From: Felis catus
Taxonomy: Eukaryota
Assembly: GCF_018350175.1 (NCBI RefSeq)
Contig: NC_058383.1
Span: forward strand, 9,240,001-9,304,000
Reading direction: 5' to 3'
DNA: 64,000 nt
The position numbers were made by a program, and so were the translations under genes. Below the pieces are notes generated by a model, which was given only the letters and a program-made list of their open reading frames with translations, did not search any database and had not been told where the DNA came from. Positions 13,106 to 27,281 of the stretch are shown in pieces (the stretch's first letter is position 1; every line of letters starts with the position of its first letter).

Positions 13106-14339
13106 CCAGTATAAAAGGTGGAAGGTAAAAGTTACACAGAGTAAGCAGTGATTAGAGCTGCCTGAGAATTTTTCAAGAAGTGTATGTAGTATTTTAATTA
13201 GGACCTGATGGAGATATAATTTTTCTTTATGGGTTCTGGAAGTGTGTTTAGGTGGTTGGAAAAGCATGAGAGCACAGAAGTGTGTGGTATGAGGAAGAAT
13301 GTGAATATCATGACCCGAGTGTCGGTAACTTGGTGCAGGGTTTTTCTGCATCGATATTTGGACCGTATTATTCTTCGCTCCTGTCGGATGGCTGTCCTGT
13401 ATATTGTGTGGCAATAGCATCCCTGGCCTTTGCCCGATAGGTAATATCTCAGTAGAGTGGTTTTCAAGAAACTGCTGTGCTCTACCATAGTTTATACAGC
13501 ACTTTCATACACTCCAGTTTGTTTCATTTTCAGCTGGGGGAGTTCCCCCTTTCCCACCAAAACAGATCTGTCATAAAAGCAGCAGTTATAAATATTAGCT
13601 CATTTGTTTGCTGAAGCTTGCAGTCTTGTATTCTAAGTAGCAGGCTGAAGGGCAGTGACCAGGGAGCCTCTTTGGGGGAAGAGAGTCCGGATGGGCAGGG
13701 GAATCGTATCCAGATCATAGAAAATAGTAAGCAGGCGAGATCCAGAGATAGGAGGGCTCTCTTCACCTGTATGAGGAAATGATTCTGGCCCCAAAAGATA
13801 AAATTCTTCAGGCTAGCCCGTGGCAGTTGTAGGGAGATGAACTAGGTTTTAACATGAAGTGAATCTCTAAAGGTGGGTTTAGGCTGAGTTCTTCCGGAAA
13901 GCATGCAGGTAGAGGGTAGAAGACATTCACTCGGTCTGTAAGAGGGAAAGGAGCTCTGGTTTGCTATTCGTGTGGATTGTCTGTATTTCGGGAAGTTAAG
14001 TAATCTTAGTATGTTTCTCTCCTTGGCATTTCCCTCCCCTAATGGCAGGATTGGATGCTTATTATCATAATGGAAAAATAACCTGTGGTAGGGAATGTAG
14101 ATTTCTTAGCCCTTTTCAGGTTTATGTAAGTATGCGTGAGCAATAAACATAACACAGTACTCTTGTTCTCATTTTGAGGAGAATTAAAAACACAAGGTTT
14201 GTGCTCTGTTATAGTTTTCTTTGTATTAGCCCATGTATTATGAAGCACGAAGTATCTGGAATTCTGAACTCCTCAAACATGTGAGTTAATGTTTAATTGC
14301 TGGTATGTGTGAAAGTGCTGTGTAGACTATGATACAGTG

Positions 14340-15130
14340 CAGCAGTTTTATTTTTATAGCTTTATTGAGCTAAAATCCACCTACCAGTCACCCATTGAAA
14401 ATGTACAATTCAGTGATTTTTTTTTTTTTTTTAATGTTTAATTTTGAGAGAGAGAGAGAGAGCCAAGAGCACGAGCAGGGGAGAGCAAAGAGAGAGGAGA
14501 CACAGAATCCGAAGCAGGCTCCAGGCTCTGAGCTGTCAGCACAGAGCCCGACGTGGGGCTCGAACTCAGGAACCACGAGATCATGACCTGAGCCGAAGTC
14601 GGACGCTTAACTGACTGAGCCACCCAGACACCTCTCAGTGGTTTTTAGCATGTTCAGGGTTGTGTAACTGGCACCAGTGTCTGAGTCCTGGAATAAATAT
14701 TGTCATTCCCCACAAAGAAACCCTGTACCCATTGGGAGTCACTCCCTACTCCCCTGCCCTCAAAACCCCCGAGCCCTAAGCTACCACCAGTCTGTGTTTC
14801 TAGAGATTTGCCTATTTGGGACATTTCCTAAAACTGGAAACCTACAGTATGTGGTCTTGTGAGGGGCTTTTTCGTTCGGCATAGCATTTCCAGTGTCCCC
14901 CATGTTGTAGCCTGTGTCCCTCCTCTGTTTGGATAATACCGCATTTAATTTTGTCCGCTCACCAGCTGACAATTAGATTGTTTACACTTTGGGGCTGTTT
15001 TGACTAGTGCTGCTGTGAACATTTGTTGACAAGTTTTTGTGTGGACGTTATGTTGTCAGTACTCTCCTCTGTACTTACCAAAGGGTGGAATTGCTGAGTG
15101 GCGTGGTAACTCCACATTTTGAGGAACGTT
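14340..15130 (-). mobile_element. Old L1M 3' end fragment, interrupted by a Can-SINE at about 14417-14634
   Basis: agctttattgag...aatgtacaattcagtg|gtttttagcatgttca...aaagaaaccctgtacccatt is typical of L1MB-type 3' UTR; the SINE is flanked by a tcagtg duplication. Confidence 0.7.
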
Positions 15131-15711
15131 GTGCCGCAGTTCTTAACCTGGAGAAACAGAAGTATGGATTCCACTCGCTACTGAGTCTTCAAGGGTTAGG
15201 GCTGCGTAGGGAGATACTTTAAAAAAGCTTCCCCCTCCTTGGTTAAGAACTAGGCCTATAGTGGAAGGCATATAGGATTTTGAGCCATTAGGTAGGGGTT
15301 CCATTCTGGGGCTCTGAGCCTTAATGTTCCTAACTTTAAAATGGGAATAACAGTACTAAATCATAAAGCGTTATCTGGAGGACCAAAATAGAAGTTACAA
15401 TTTGGTAAAGAACCCATTTCTAACGAGGAAAGTTACTTAGAAAGATACAGATACAGAAAGTTACTTAGAAAGATACAGAATAGATGGATACTTTCTCAAC
15501 ATGGTAGAGAAATCTCTTTTAAAGCGAAAGTCAGTATTTAAGAATGAAACACTGGAAGTATTCCATTAAATTCAAAACCAAACAAAGATGCCCATGATCA
15601 GCGATAGTAACATTGCCCTTGTGCATGCAGGAAGATGTGATTACAAGTATAGGAAGTATAACTACGGGAAAGAGAGTGATACTTGGAAACCAGAAGATTA
15701 TGTAGGGAATA

Positions 15712-15915
15712 GGGGCACCTGGGTGGCTCAGTCAGTTAAGCGTCTGACTTCAGCTCAGGTCATGATCTCATGGTTTGTGAGTTCAAGCCCCTCATCGGGC
15801 TCTGTGCTGACAGCTCGGAGCCTGGAGCCTGCTTCGGATTCTGTGTCTCCCTCTCTCTTTCTCTCTCTCAAAAATAAAATAAACATTAAAATATTTTTTT
15901 AAAAAATTCAAAAAA
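15712..15915 (+). mobile_element. Can-SINE with 18-bp target site duplication
   Basis: TSD AAGATTATGTAGGGAATA at 15694-15711 and 15931-15948. Confidence 0.93.
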
Positions 15916-16376
15916 GTGTTGGATTTAACAAAGATTATGTAGGGAATAAAATGGGAAAATATACGAAATAATAATTGGTTTAATGACAGGGCTGAAATCT
16001 ATGGTATATATACTATATACTGGTCCTAATCTGTATAAAGATACAGTGAAAGATTTTTATACAACTAAAATGAATGCAAAAAAGTTGTTCTTGGTAGGGG
16101 TGGGGTAGTTAGCACTAACCAGCAGATGTACAATCATTTATATCAATAAACTAGTTTATATAAAATTACTGGCTTCAGCTTTTTTTTTTTTTTAAACGCG
16201 TTTTTCAAAATTGGCTTTAAACTTTAATTGTAGATCTGATTAACAGGGTAAATGGTGGAGTGGGTTTGTTTGGGTATACCGTAACAGGTCAAAATTCAAC
16301 CTTATCAATCTTGACTGCCTCCCAGCCACTCTGTTTTCAGACCTTTCTAGAAAGTACACTGAGAATACACAGATAC

Positions 16377-16551
16377 TTTTTTTTTTTTTTAATTTTTGAG
16401 AGAGAAAGGGAGGAAGACACAGAATCTGAAGTGGGCTCCAGGCTCTGAGCTGTTAGTATAGAGCCCGATGTGGGGCACGAACTCCTGAACCTCGAGATCA
16501 TGACCTGAGCTGAAGTTGGCCGCTTAACCAACCGAGCCACCCAGGCACCCC
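16377..16551 (-). mobile_element. Can-SINE
   Basis: Flanked by tacacagatactttt / tacacaaatactttt (TSD with one mismatch). Confidence 0.9.
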
Positions 16552-16707
16552 TACACAAATACTTTTTGATTGGCTGTCTTAAGAATTCCACTGTATGGAT
16601 GTGTCCTAATCTAATAACTAGCCTCTTACCGAAGACCATTTAGGTGGCTCCAGACTTCAGCTGTTAGCAATAATGCAGTGAATCCCTTTCAAGAAAGGGA
16701 ATTGCAG

Positions 16708-16800
16708 AGGGTCGCCTGGCTGGTTCATTTGGTAGAGCACGCAACTCTTGATTTTGGGGTTGTCAGTTCAAGCCCCACGTTGGGCATAGAGCTTACTTTG
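16708..16800 (+). mobile_element. Short Can-SINE
   Basis: gggtcgcctggctggttcatttggtagagcacgcaactcttgat. Confidence 0.78.
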
Positions 16801-17796
16801 AAAAGGCGGGTGGGGATTGCAGAGTCAAAAGGTTGTTGAGCAGTTGTAATTTTGATAGTCCTTTCCAGATTGCCCTCCGATAAAGGTCTTGCCCGTTTAT
16901 AGTTTCCCACTGTAAGCGAGTGCTTTATCCACGCCATCACCTTCATAAGTCGTCTGACTTGAGATATTGCCCGTCTGATCAGAGAAAAAACGAACATTTG
17001 TAATGGATGAGGTTTGGGTGCTCTGCTTGTGTTTCCCTTTCTTTCAACTGTCCGTTCCTTTTACTCCTTTTGCTATTGCTGGTTGGTCTGAAATTCTTTT
17101 TTAGGTCTGTGTTAGAGAAATCAGCCCTTTCTCTGTGATGTGTCAGCAACGTTTATATCGTCAGAGAAAGAACACAGGGCTTGAAGCCACAGGGCCCACG
17201 TTTATGTCCCGTCTCTGCTGTGTGTTCGTGGTGTGCTTTGGGGGAAAAATCATTTCGTATCTCTGCTTCACACCCGTGAAGTAAGTGTGATGTGCGCCTC
17301 TGTAGAGTGGTTGTGAAAAAAACTCAGGACTTGGTGGCTGTCAGAAAAGCCCCAGTGCTTCGCCAGCTCTCCTGTCACCTGTGAGACCTTGCAGTTGGCC
17401 CTGATGAATATGAAGTTACATGACTGTTGTAGGATGTTCCTCTTCCTGAAATGTTTCCCTTCCGCACAGTGTTTATCCAGGATGGTTGCTGCCGGGTTTT
17501 TTTTTTTTTTTTTTTAAGCCCAGCTGATGTTATTTTCTAATTAAAATTTCCTCTAAACTGCCCAGGTAGCGTGCTACTCTCAGAAGATCCACCTGTGTGG
17601 CTGGTGACCTAAAGTGAATAAGTGTGTGCCCCCTCCAGGATGTCTGTTTTCTGTCTTCACAGAGTGGTGGCGTGGGACACGTGCTAGATAGATGCTCAAC
17701 AAATGTCTGGTGGATTATCTGATGGCATGGCTTTTCAGTACATTTTCCTTGTCATCAGACCTTACAGGACACATTCTATCAAATTTTCCAGAATGA

Positions 17797-18290
17797 GTGT
17801 ACTGGTGGTCTCCAAGACTACCCCCACCCCCTGGGATGTGCATACAGTTGTGCTCAGGGCTGTTGATTTATTACGATGAAGCCATACTGAGCGAAATCAG
17901 CAAAGGAAAAAGGTGCCTCGGGCAAAGAGTAAACCAGACCCAAGCGAAAATCCTCTCCCCCAGGGGACTCCTGCTAGGGACTCCTACGTAGGGTGTGTGT
18001 GTGAAATGGTGTCTGCCAAGGAGTTTCATAAGAGATTTAGTGACCACGGGTTTTACTGGGACTATTCACATAGTACTTCCTGCCTAGCACATAAATGAAG
18101 ACTCCTAGAAGGAAAACAGGTGTTTACCATGAACCACATTGTTTGCGCAGTTTAGGGACAGGGAGCCATTCTTATCTGGGAATGGTGGGTACCCTTCCAA
18201 AATTCAAGTTCTCAGATGCCAGCCAGGGGTCAGCTTTGCCAGCAGACCTTTCTAAAGATAGCAGTCTCCAGTTAACTCTTCCACGCAGAC
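17797..18290. mobile_element. MER21-like solo LTR remnant
   Basis: Motifs ccaagactaccccc, aaatcagcaaaggaaaaagg and aattcaagttctcagatgccagccagggg recall MER21 LTR consensus; not aligned. Confidence 0.55.
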
Positions 18291-18709
18291 TATAATTCAA
18301 GTTTTTCAAGTTTAAAGGCGTTTTACTCAGGCGAGACATAGCTTCAGGTTATTTTGTAAAGTTTTTGTAGTTACTTAGTAGACTGGTCATCTCTAGAATA
18401 CAGGATTCGTTCTGTATTCAAGCAGAACACTTGAAAGTGTTTCTTTCCAATGGTTTATTCTTCTGTCTGTACAGCATATAGATACTGTGTCCGTTACATG
18501 GACGCTGATGCCCATCTTGCACGTTGTCACCTTGTTTTTTCTGTTTTTGGCATAGGATTTTCCTATACAGCAGTCACTGTGTTTATCTTTTTCATTTCTT
18601 CTTGGCCCTTCTGGGTGGTTAGTACTCCACACCTGAGGGCCCTAAAAAATGGAAGACGGGGCCAAATGTTATACCTAGTGTCTGCTAGCCCTCTTTTTTC
18701 TACTTTCTT

Positions 18710-19050
18710 TAATAGACTTTTTCTTTTTCTTTTTTTTTTTTTTTTTTAAGAGCAGTTTCAGGTTCACAGCGAAATTGAGTGGAAAGCACAGAGTTCCCAT
18801 GTGCCCCTACCTGCCCTGCCACCGCCTGCCTGCACAATGCCCTGTGCTGTCAGTGTCTTTTGACTGGTCTGTTAGAGTCAGTGGGCCTAGACCTACCGTC
18901 CATGGTTTGTTTACATTAGGGTTTATTCTCAGTGATACATGTTCTATGGATTTTGACGAGTGTGTAATGACATGTACTCGCCATTAGGGTATCATACAGA
19001 ATAGTTTCATGCCCTAAACATCCTTTTTTCCACCTGTTCATCCCTTCTGT
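18710..19050 (-). mobile_element. Old L1M 3' end fragment
   Basis: agagcagtttcaggttcacagcgaaattgagtggaaagcacagagttccca...tatcatacagaatagtttca. Confidence 0.7.
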
Positions 19051-19180
19051 CTTATTTTTTGGGGATGTGAACTCAGTTCTTTATGGAGATTTTCAGCTTT
19101 CTTAAGTCAAGATGTCTTGTGGTCACCACATAACTGTTGTTTTGTAACTTCTTCATAAGCTTCTGCAAGATAGGAATAGA

Positions 19181-19401
19181 TATTATTTATTTATATATTT
19201 TTTAATGTTTATTTGTCCATTTTTTGAGAGCACAAGCAGGGGAGAGGCAGAGAGAGGGGGAGACAGACACAGAATCCAAAGCAGGCTCTAGGCTCTGAGG
19301 TATCAGCACAGAGCCTGATATAGGGCTCGAACCCACAAACCATGAGATCATGACCTGAGTGGAAGCCAGACACTCAACCAACTGAGCCACCCAGGTGCCC
19401 C
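19181..19401 (-). mobile_element. Can-SINE
   Basis: Full body ending gccacccaggtgcccc. Confidence 0.9.
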
Positions 19402-20976
19402 AATAGAAATAGATTTTAAATAAAGTAAGCCTGATTCAAGTTTTTTCTTATTTAAGAAGATTAAACATTTGAAGTTGTGTTCATTACGATTTAAGGTCCT
19501 TGATAGAGAAGTTGAGGAAATTGTAAATGACTCAGTGCTCTGAATCTTGGGGTCAGAAAGTCCTCTAAATAGCTTTCCAAGAATCTTGAGGGTTGCTGAT
19601 CTTTGGTTGAAAAGTCTCTGCATCAACTCTTAGGGGAGAACAGTTGACACTAATTAATATCTGATTCCTTAGCAGCTGGGATTTGGGGAGTTCTAGTTCT
19701 TAACCTGTCTGAGAATATCAGATTTTCTGGGTCTTTTTACTCCTCTGTTTATCTTGAACTCACCGAAAGAAATTTGAACTTGGACTAGTATCCTAGGAGT
19801 TGAAAAGACAGAAAGTTTCATTTTGTTTTTAAGCGGAACATGTGACACACCAGAGAATACAGACTTTCTACATTTTCCAGCAGCCGTGACAGTATATTTT
19901 GGGGACCATATTTAAATGTGTTGCATTCGTAGAAACAATTCAGTGACTGTTTTTGAAAAATAAGTCTCTCCCTTCCCAGATGATACATCTCTCTCATCTT
20001 CCCACATCGAACACTCTCCTTCTATCTTGGTTAAACCTTTTTTTGGACACTATGAGAATAATTTTTTTTCTCCCCTTTTCAAAAGTTCTCTTGACTCTTA
20101 AAACTAGCCTGTTTGGGATCTCTTGTTTGAACGTAAAAATCACAGGTTAATTCTCACACAAGTCATGTTGATCTTAAGGAGTTTTTGAAGTGCTTGTTTA
20201 AGGCTCCTAGAGGAACCTCATCTTTCCTTTGAGCGGACTTTTTAAGAGTCAAGGTTTTTCCCTCTCACTTAGTTCTTCAGTGGCAGAGAACATCTGGGTA
20301 TGTTCCAAATGTGGTCGAGTTACTATATCTAAAGGCGATACTGCCGTTTCATAATCTCCGTGTGCCCATCTGGGGCAACCGTGCCGTCTTGACATAAGCA
20401 CATTTCTGCCCGTGGGCTCTGCAGCCCTACTGCATTTGCAGCAGGAGACCTAACAGTATAGGGTACTGGTGAGGTCATTTGAGCTTTAAATAGTTGCCGG
20501 CTCTGGAAATAAGGACAGCATGATTTAGGGGAAAGGCCAGAACTCGATCTCAATGGCCTTAGGCACTCTGGCTTCTTTTTGCATCAGAGACAGTTATCAG
20601 GTTGCACTAGAGGCAAGTGTCCAGTGAATATAGGCTGGAGTCCTATGGTTTGCGTGGCTGAGGCTTACAGAGGCCTCTGCCTGTTTGAAAGCCAGTCTGG
20701 GGAGGTTTTTGTTTTTGTTTTTTTTTTCAGGCTATATGATGTTAAAGTTTCTGGAAAGGAAGTGATGTAAGGTAGCTAAAGAAATTTCAGCTTTGAACAG
20801 AGAACAGGATGAAATGGAGAAGCGATACTTGATACAGGGATGTAAGCTAGCAGATTGTTATGTAAGAAATTTAGAGGCTGCTTATGCTGAGAATTAAAAT
20901 GGAAAACTATTCAAGGCATTCTCAAAAGTAATTGCTCACCTCTTTGTCACTTTATTGAGTCAAGAGCACTTTACGC

Positions 20977-21179
20977 TTTTTTAATTTTGAAAAAAATTAA
21001 AAAAAATTTTTTAATGTTTTATTTATTTTGAGAGAGAGGTGGGGGTAGAGTGAATCCCAAGCAGTCTCCATGCTGCCAGCACAGAGCCTGATGCAGGGCT
21101 CGATGCAGTGACCCATGAGAGCATGACCTGAGTGGAAACCAAGTCAGACACTCAACTGACCGAGCCACCCAGTCGCCCC
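20977..21179 (-). mobile_element. Can-SINE
   Basis: T-rich tail and gagccacccagtcgcccc head. Confidence 0.87.
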
Positions 21180-22025
21180 TCATCTGATACACTCTTAATA
21201 GTAATTTTATGAAAGAGGCAGAACTCTTATTTTAACGGATTAGAAAATGAGATGCCAGGAGGATGAAATGCTTGCACCCAAGGTCACTTAGTAAAATGGT
21301 GGGCCTGGGAAAACCCCAGTCTTCTGGGTTATCTGAATATGCCTCAAATCATCAGGAGTGACAGTGTGGTCTGTGGGCTGAGAATAGTGTCTCCAGAGCC
21401 TAGAACATATAAAGAATTGGACGTGAGATGATACAAGCCGCCTTATTCTGGAGAAGTGGAGTTTCCACAGGGGCACGGGGGTCAGAGGTCATGGAACAGA
21501 AAGCACCTGTGTCCTGATTTCCTTCTGCACAAAAACCCTGTCTCCTCACTCTGTGTCTCATGTAGGCCATGTCTGGGGAAGGTCCTGTTCTCCAGCATTA
21601 TAATGGGGAACCAATAATGCATAGCAAAAGGGTAACATAAGAAAAGCGGCTGATGAGTTTAAGAAATACTTGCAGATGATACGTCATTTGCCGGATATTG
21701 TGGGAATTAGCGAGCAAAGCATGATTAATTCTTTCAAAGAATGAATTGCTTGCCGTAAATTAATATGCATGATTTGGTTTGTGTTCTGATTTAATTATCT
21801 CCTCAGAGATACTGTTTAATTTATACAACCAGTTGCACTAAGCATAACCCTCCCCACCTCCCCAGTTTATAAAAGTGCCATACAGACCGAATGTGAATGA
21901 TTCACACGTACGAAAGTCTCTTGGTATCCCAACTCCTCAAAATAGTTTTGGTATATCATTTTGGATTATGTCCTCTCCCCACTCTTCACATCTATAAGTA
22001 ATATAACACTATGTAGAGTGGCCAG

Positions 22026-22262
22026 TTTTTTTTTTTTTTTTTTAATTTTTTTTTTTAGCGTTTATTTATTTTTGAGACGGAGAGAGACAGCATGAACGGG
22101 GGAGGGTCAGAGAGAGAGGGAGACACAGAATCTGAAACAGGCTCCAGGCTCTGAGCAGTCAGCACAGAGCCCGACGTGGGGCTCGAACTCACGGACCGGA
22201 CCGCGAGATCATGACCTGAGCCGAAGTCGGACGCTTAACTGACTGAGCCACTCAGGCGCCCC
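22026..22262 (-). mobile_element. Young feline-type Can-SINE with target site duplication
   Basis: TSD TAGAGTGGCCAGTTTT at 22014-22029 and 22263-22278; long T tail. Confidence 0.95.
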
Positions 22263-22339
22263 TAGAGTGGCCAGTTTTAACTGGGGTTGGAGGGAGAGAT
22301 GGGGAAGGTTTCAGAGAGGATACGAATAGAGGATATTAA

Positions 22340-22538
22340 CTTTTTTTTAATGTTTATTTCTGAGAAAGAGAGCTCAAGCCGGGGAGGGGCAAAGAGAGAG
22401 GGAGACACAGAATCCGAGCAGGCTCCAGGTTCCAAGCTGTCCACACAGAGCCCAATGTGGGACTCACACTCACAAACTGTGAGATCGTGACCCAAGCCGA
22501 AGTCGGATGCTTAACCAACTGAGCCACCCAGGCGCCCC
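22340..22538 (-). mobile_element. Can-SINE
   Basis: Full body, with a ttaactt flanking duplication. Confidence 0.9.
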
Positions 22539-23810
22539 TTAACTTGGATTCTTGACGCTTGTATAGTATTTCAGGGAGGGGAAGAACGAAGGGCAGAAGT
22601 GCGAAGTTTTTGTTTTGTTTAGTTGCAATTAAGGTGTCGTGACTGGAGCCACAGGTAGGAGAGGACAGGACAAGGGAAATGTCTGGTCTTCTGTAAGACT
22701 TTATGAAATAGTGAATGAATCGTGGTTCCTGATGTTGTGGCTTAGCCATTGACTTAGTATAACTACCAGTGTAGATAGGATAGCCAGACAAATAAAAAAT
22801 GTACCTTTGGATAGGAATAAAAAGCCCTATCCTTGTAAAATTTTCTATTTCACATGTTGTCAGACAGCGGTGTCTGGCTCTGATATGACAGACATCAGGT
22901 AATATAAATTAAGTCAGTGCAGTGTTACTGACTTTCTTATTCTAAGCAGTTGTGTGGTAGTCCTGAAAATACAGATCATTGGTGGGACATTGCTTTAACT
23001 TCCTCAGGGTGATTAATCTTTGGGGTGATGAAGATCGAAACTTGTCGAAATGCCCACATGGAAAGAAGCATTAATTCCTATTGGCCACCTCAGCTTAGAA
23101 ATACCTTGCTCATCTCTCCATTCTTTTGTGTTACTCGTAGCGTTAGGCCGAACACAGCAACAGGTCCGTGTTCTCCCAGTTGCTGACGTATCTCCGTGGC
23201 CAGACTCAGCCCCATGCCCCCGGTGGTTTTGATTTCCCTTCTGAGATTTGTAATTCATACAGTCTTAACACAAGAGCAGAAAAGCCTTCTCATTTCTCAA
23301 ATGTCAACTTGAAGTTGACTCACAATATTCTCCCTGAAGAGGGACGGAACTGAGTAGACAGGACGAGGTTAGAAGGAAAGGGTCAGTCTGATTTCCTAAA
23401 AATCTGTTGAGGTAGGTTGGCCACCTGTGCTTAACGACCCCCGGGATTTGGTAGGTAGGTATGTAATGTTACAGGAGAGATCTGTTGACCTTTTGCAACG
23501 TAGATCAAATTTTGGTTTGTCCTCTAGGAGCTCGACTTTGATCGTTCTTCGGAACAGCTATGTGCTAAGGCTGTGTCCTTTCCCGGGGAGGAAGCAGGGG
23601 TTCAGGCACCACTGATGAGCAGCAGTGTTTTCCTTCTTTGTTGTTCGTTCCACCTCCATCCCCTTCCGTACACCCACACGGCCTCAGTTCTCGGCTGTTA
23701 ATCACTTTAATCAGCCGACGAGTCTGTTTGTGTTTTAGTGGCACAGAGATAGGATTAATCCACTGCCATCATCTGGACCATAACGACTCCTCGTTCTCTC
23801 CTCCTAATAG

Positions 23811-24467
<657 letters not shown>

Positions 24468-25771
24468 GGCCCCCAGGTGGACTGGCAGCGCACGCTGATG
24501 CTCCTACCGCAGTCTTTATTTTTTTCCCATGAGTGGGGGGTCGGGTGGGGGAGGGGAAGGGAGGGACGACCTTCCCAGGGAGAAGCCCACGACCTGTCCT
24601 GTCTTTGATCGCCTCTTTGACGTTTTTGCCAAAACACCACTAGTGGAAAGTCAGGTTAGCTGTGCTGGTATTGGAATAGCAGCCTCACACTGGCATACGG
24701 ACTGTTCTGTAGATGAATGCAGGTGGAGCTGTCTGTCTTGAGTCTAACTTATTGCCAGAGTAGGGTTTGGAGTCCAAAAGAAAACTGAAAAATGGAATGG
24801 CCCTCATTCAGGAAGTTCTGTGGTTCCAGTAAGGATTTGTATGTACATACGCTCTTAATCTTAAGTTCTGGGTACTTCCTAGCTCATCTGTTTTTAGCCG
24901 TGCATTTTCGTTTTGTTCTGTTGTGTTTTTTTTCAGGGTGCACTCGACCAGCCAGGGAATAGTTTAAATCCCAAACTGACAGACTTGGGACAGAAGGTAT
25001 ATTTATCCTTGTGGTTTTAGGCCTTGCCAGTTTTCTGAAGTCTCCGATTAGTTGACAGTATTAACACTAAATTGCAGTTTACAGTATTTCTACATGACAG
25101 CCATATGTAACATCAAGCCATCGAGTGTGCATTTTTCTTTGCTGGTTCTTTTGGCTTTCCATCCTTAGTCAGCCTTTACCCGGGTTGGTGTTGCTGTTCC
25201 CTGTCTCCTAGGCCAAAAAGGCTTGCCTGAGGAGAATCCGAGCTACTTTAGGTTTTGGTTAATAGGTGCTTGGCAGGTGGCTGTGGGATTTTTGTCTTTC
25301 TTTCCTCTCAACTTCAATCCGCCACAAAAATGGATTACTCGCTTTAATAGAAACGTTACACACCACAAAAATAGAGAAAATTCAGGTCTGTATGTCATTT
25401 ATTGTGTTGATATTTTCAGAGAACTCCTGATTTTTAAGCTGCCACAGCTCCTTCCTCAGGGATCATGCTGCCATCTCACTCTTCACTTGAGTGCTCCCCA
25501 CTGTACCTTCTGCTGGCGGCGCCCAGGGGGTGGAGACGCTGTGGGGCTGCAAAGGCTGGGCCGTCCTCCTGAGAAAGTCTGCGGTGCAGTGTGTGAAAAT
25601 TCAGGTGCTAGAAGCTTACTGGTAGAAAAATCCAGAAGGAAGAGCTCTTCTAGTCATACACATTCTGTCCAATGGCGGGAGCCTCCGTAAGCATGTCAGT
25701 CTTTTCCTCCCCGAAAACGCTCCTTCCCCGAGTAATTGTTGTAGGAAGATGAACTAAAATCATCCTTGGAT

Positions 25772-25777
25772 AATAAA
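25772..25777 (+). terminator. YWHAG: Candidate proximal polyadenylation signal AATAAA
   Basis: taataaataa followed about 20-50 nt later by U-rich tracts. Confidence 0.45.
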
Positions 25778-27275
25778 TAACTCCTATTTGACCAAAACTT
25801 TTTCTATATATCTATATTTTTTTCTTTTTAACGAAAGCATCGAAGCTGGAGAGTCCTTTTCTCTCGCGCGTGGTCGACGCATGATTTGGAATTGAAGGGA
25901 AACGACCTTGCTGTTTTCCACAAATTTGTTCTCAGTTAGCCTTCGGTCCTTCATTTCTCATTTTGGAAAAAATCTGTCTGAAAACGCGAACCGTTGAGTA
26001 TGTGTTCAGTCTTTTTTAGAAGATCAGTAACAGTGTGAACTCCCGAGACAGGTAATGACGCCAGACTTGTTTTGTCTGTTTCTTTGTTTTATTTAGTCAA
26101 GGAGAGGTATGAGTAATAATTGAGGAAACACTGACCGTTGCTTTTGCTGTTACCAAAATTGAACTTACGGTTAGGAAATGGATACGTGTGACAGGATCCA
26201 GGTGACCGTGAAGACCAGAAGTACAACGAATTGATGCTCTGTGGCATCGCACAGTTTATACAGCGTGACTTTCCTTAGAAGGTTCCCTCCATACGCTAGA
26301 GCAGAAGTCCCAATTAACTGAACCCTAGCAGTAAACTCCTAGAAGAGAGCTGTACAGCTTTTGTGCCATCACTGGGGCCTAAAGTCAATGCCATGGATGG
26401 GAAAAGATTGGGGGTGGGGGGAGGGGGTAGGTGGGGCTTTTCCTTAACTTATCTTCATGTCCAGTGAGCAGTGTTGTGTCCTTTCTTGTAGCATTTGGAA
26501 ATGATTTACTGGAATTACAAAACCTATTTTTTCTTTCAAATTTCAGCTTTGGCTCTGGCTGCTTTTTAGAATAATGCAAGATAAAATTATACCCGAGGGC
26601 TAAAAATGAAGAGGGGATGGGAGACTTGATATTTAAGCAGCTTGAATGGTTTCTTTTCTTTTCTTTATTTTTAAAGAAATGCACTTGCCTCTGATACTGT
26701 CTCTCCAGTGAAATGATTACTCCTCCATTACTCTATTGATACAATATTGTGCATGCTAGTGTTGTATTTCTATACAGTAGCTTGAAATTTATTAACTTAT
26801 ACTGTAGGTGTTATGTATTCCTATGACAAAAAAAATTAAGTCTTCAAATTTTTTAAAGTTTTTTTAATTTAATTTTTCCTTTTGGGGGTACAGTTTGCTC
26901 TACCAAATAGTGATCGTAACAAATTGATCTGTTTTGGATGTTGCTATAGTGACATGCAGTTATATATTTTGTTTTTAAGTGGGGGGGGAAGCAAAAGAAA
27001 CACCAGTGTTAGCTTAATCTTAATGTCTGGTGTTTGTCATGGTGAAATTATAACTATTACAGTGTAGGAGAACAATGAAGATGTTCTCTGAATGAGCCTC
27101 TGTGCTTTTTTGTCATGTTATGCAGTGAACTATTTTTAAGGTCTAATCAGTGATTATTTTTCCAACTCCGTGTTTCTCTAAGGAATTCTTTCACACACGG
27201 ACCATTCTTAGCAGTTTTCCTCAGTGATGGAATATCATGAATGTGAGTCATTATGTAGCTGTCGTACATTGAGCA

Positions 27276-27281
27276 AATAAA
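27276..27281 (+). terminator. YWHAG: Distal polyadenylation signal AATAAA
   Basis: Canonical hexamer with an upstream TGTA element and a downstream U-rich element (ttagttttattt). Confidence 0.8.

Larger units (their letters stand above)
1..23810 (+). other. YWHAG: YWHAG intron 1 (5' part and exon 1 outside the window)
   Basis: Ends in a pyrimidine tract plus TAG acceptor (ctcctcgttctctcctcctaatag) directly before codon V30. No 14-3-3 N-terminal coding sequence (MVDREQLVQKA...) is present in the window. The first 200 bp or so are CpG-rich, consistent with the tail of the promoter CpG island. Confidence 0.9.
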
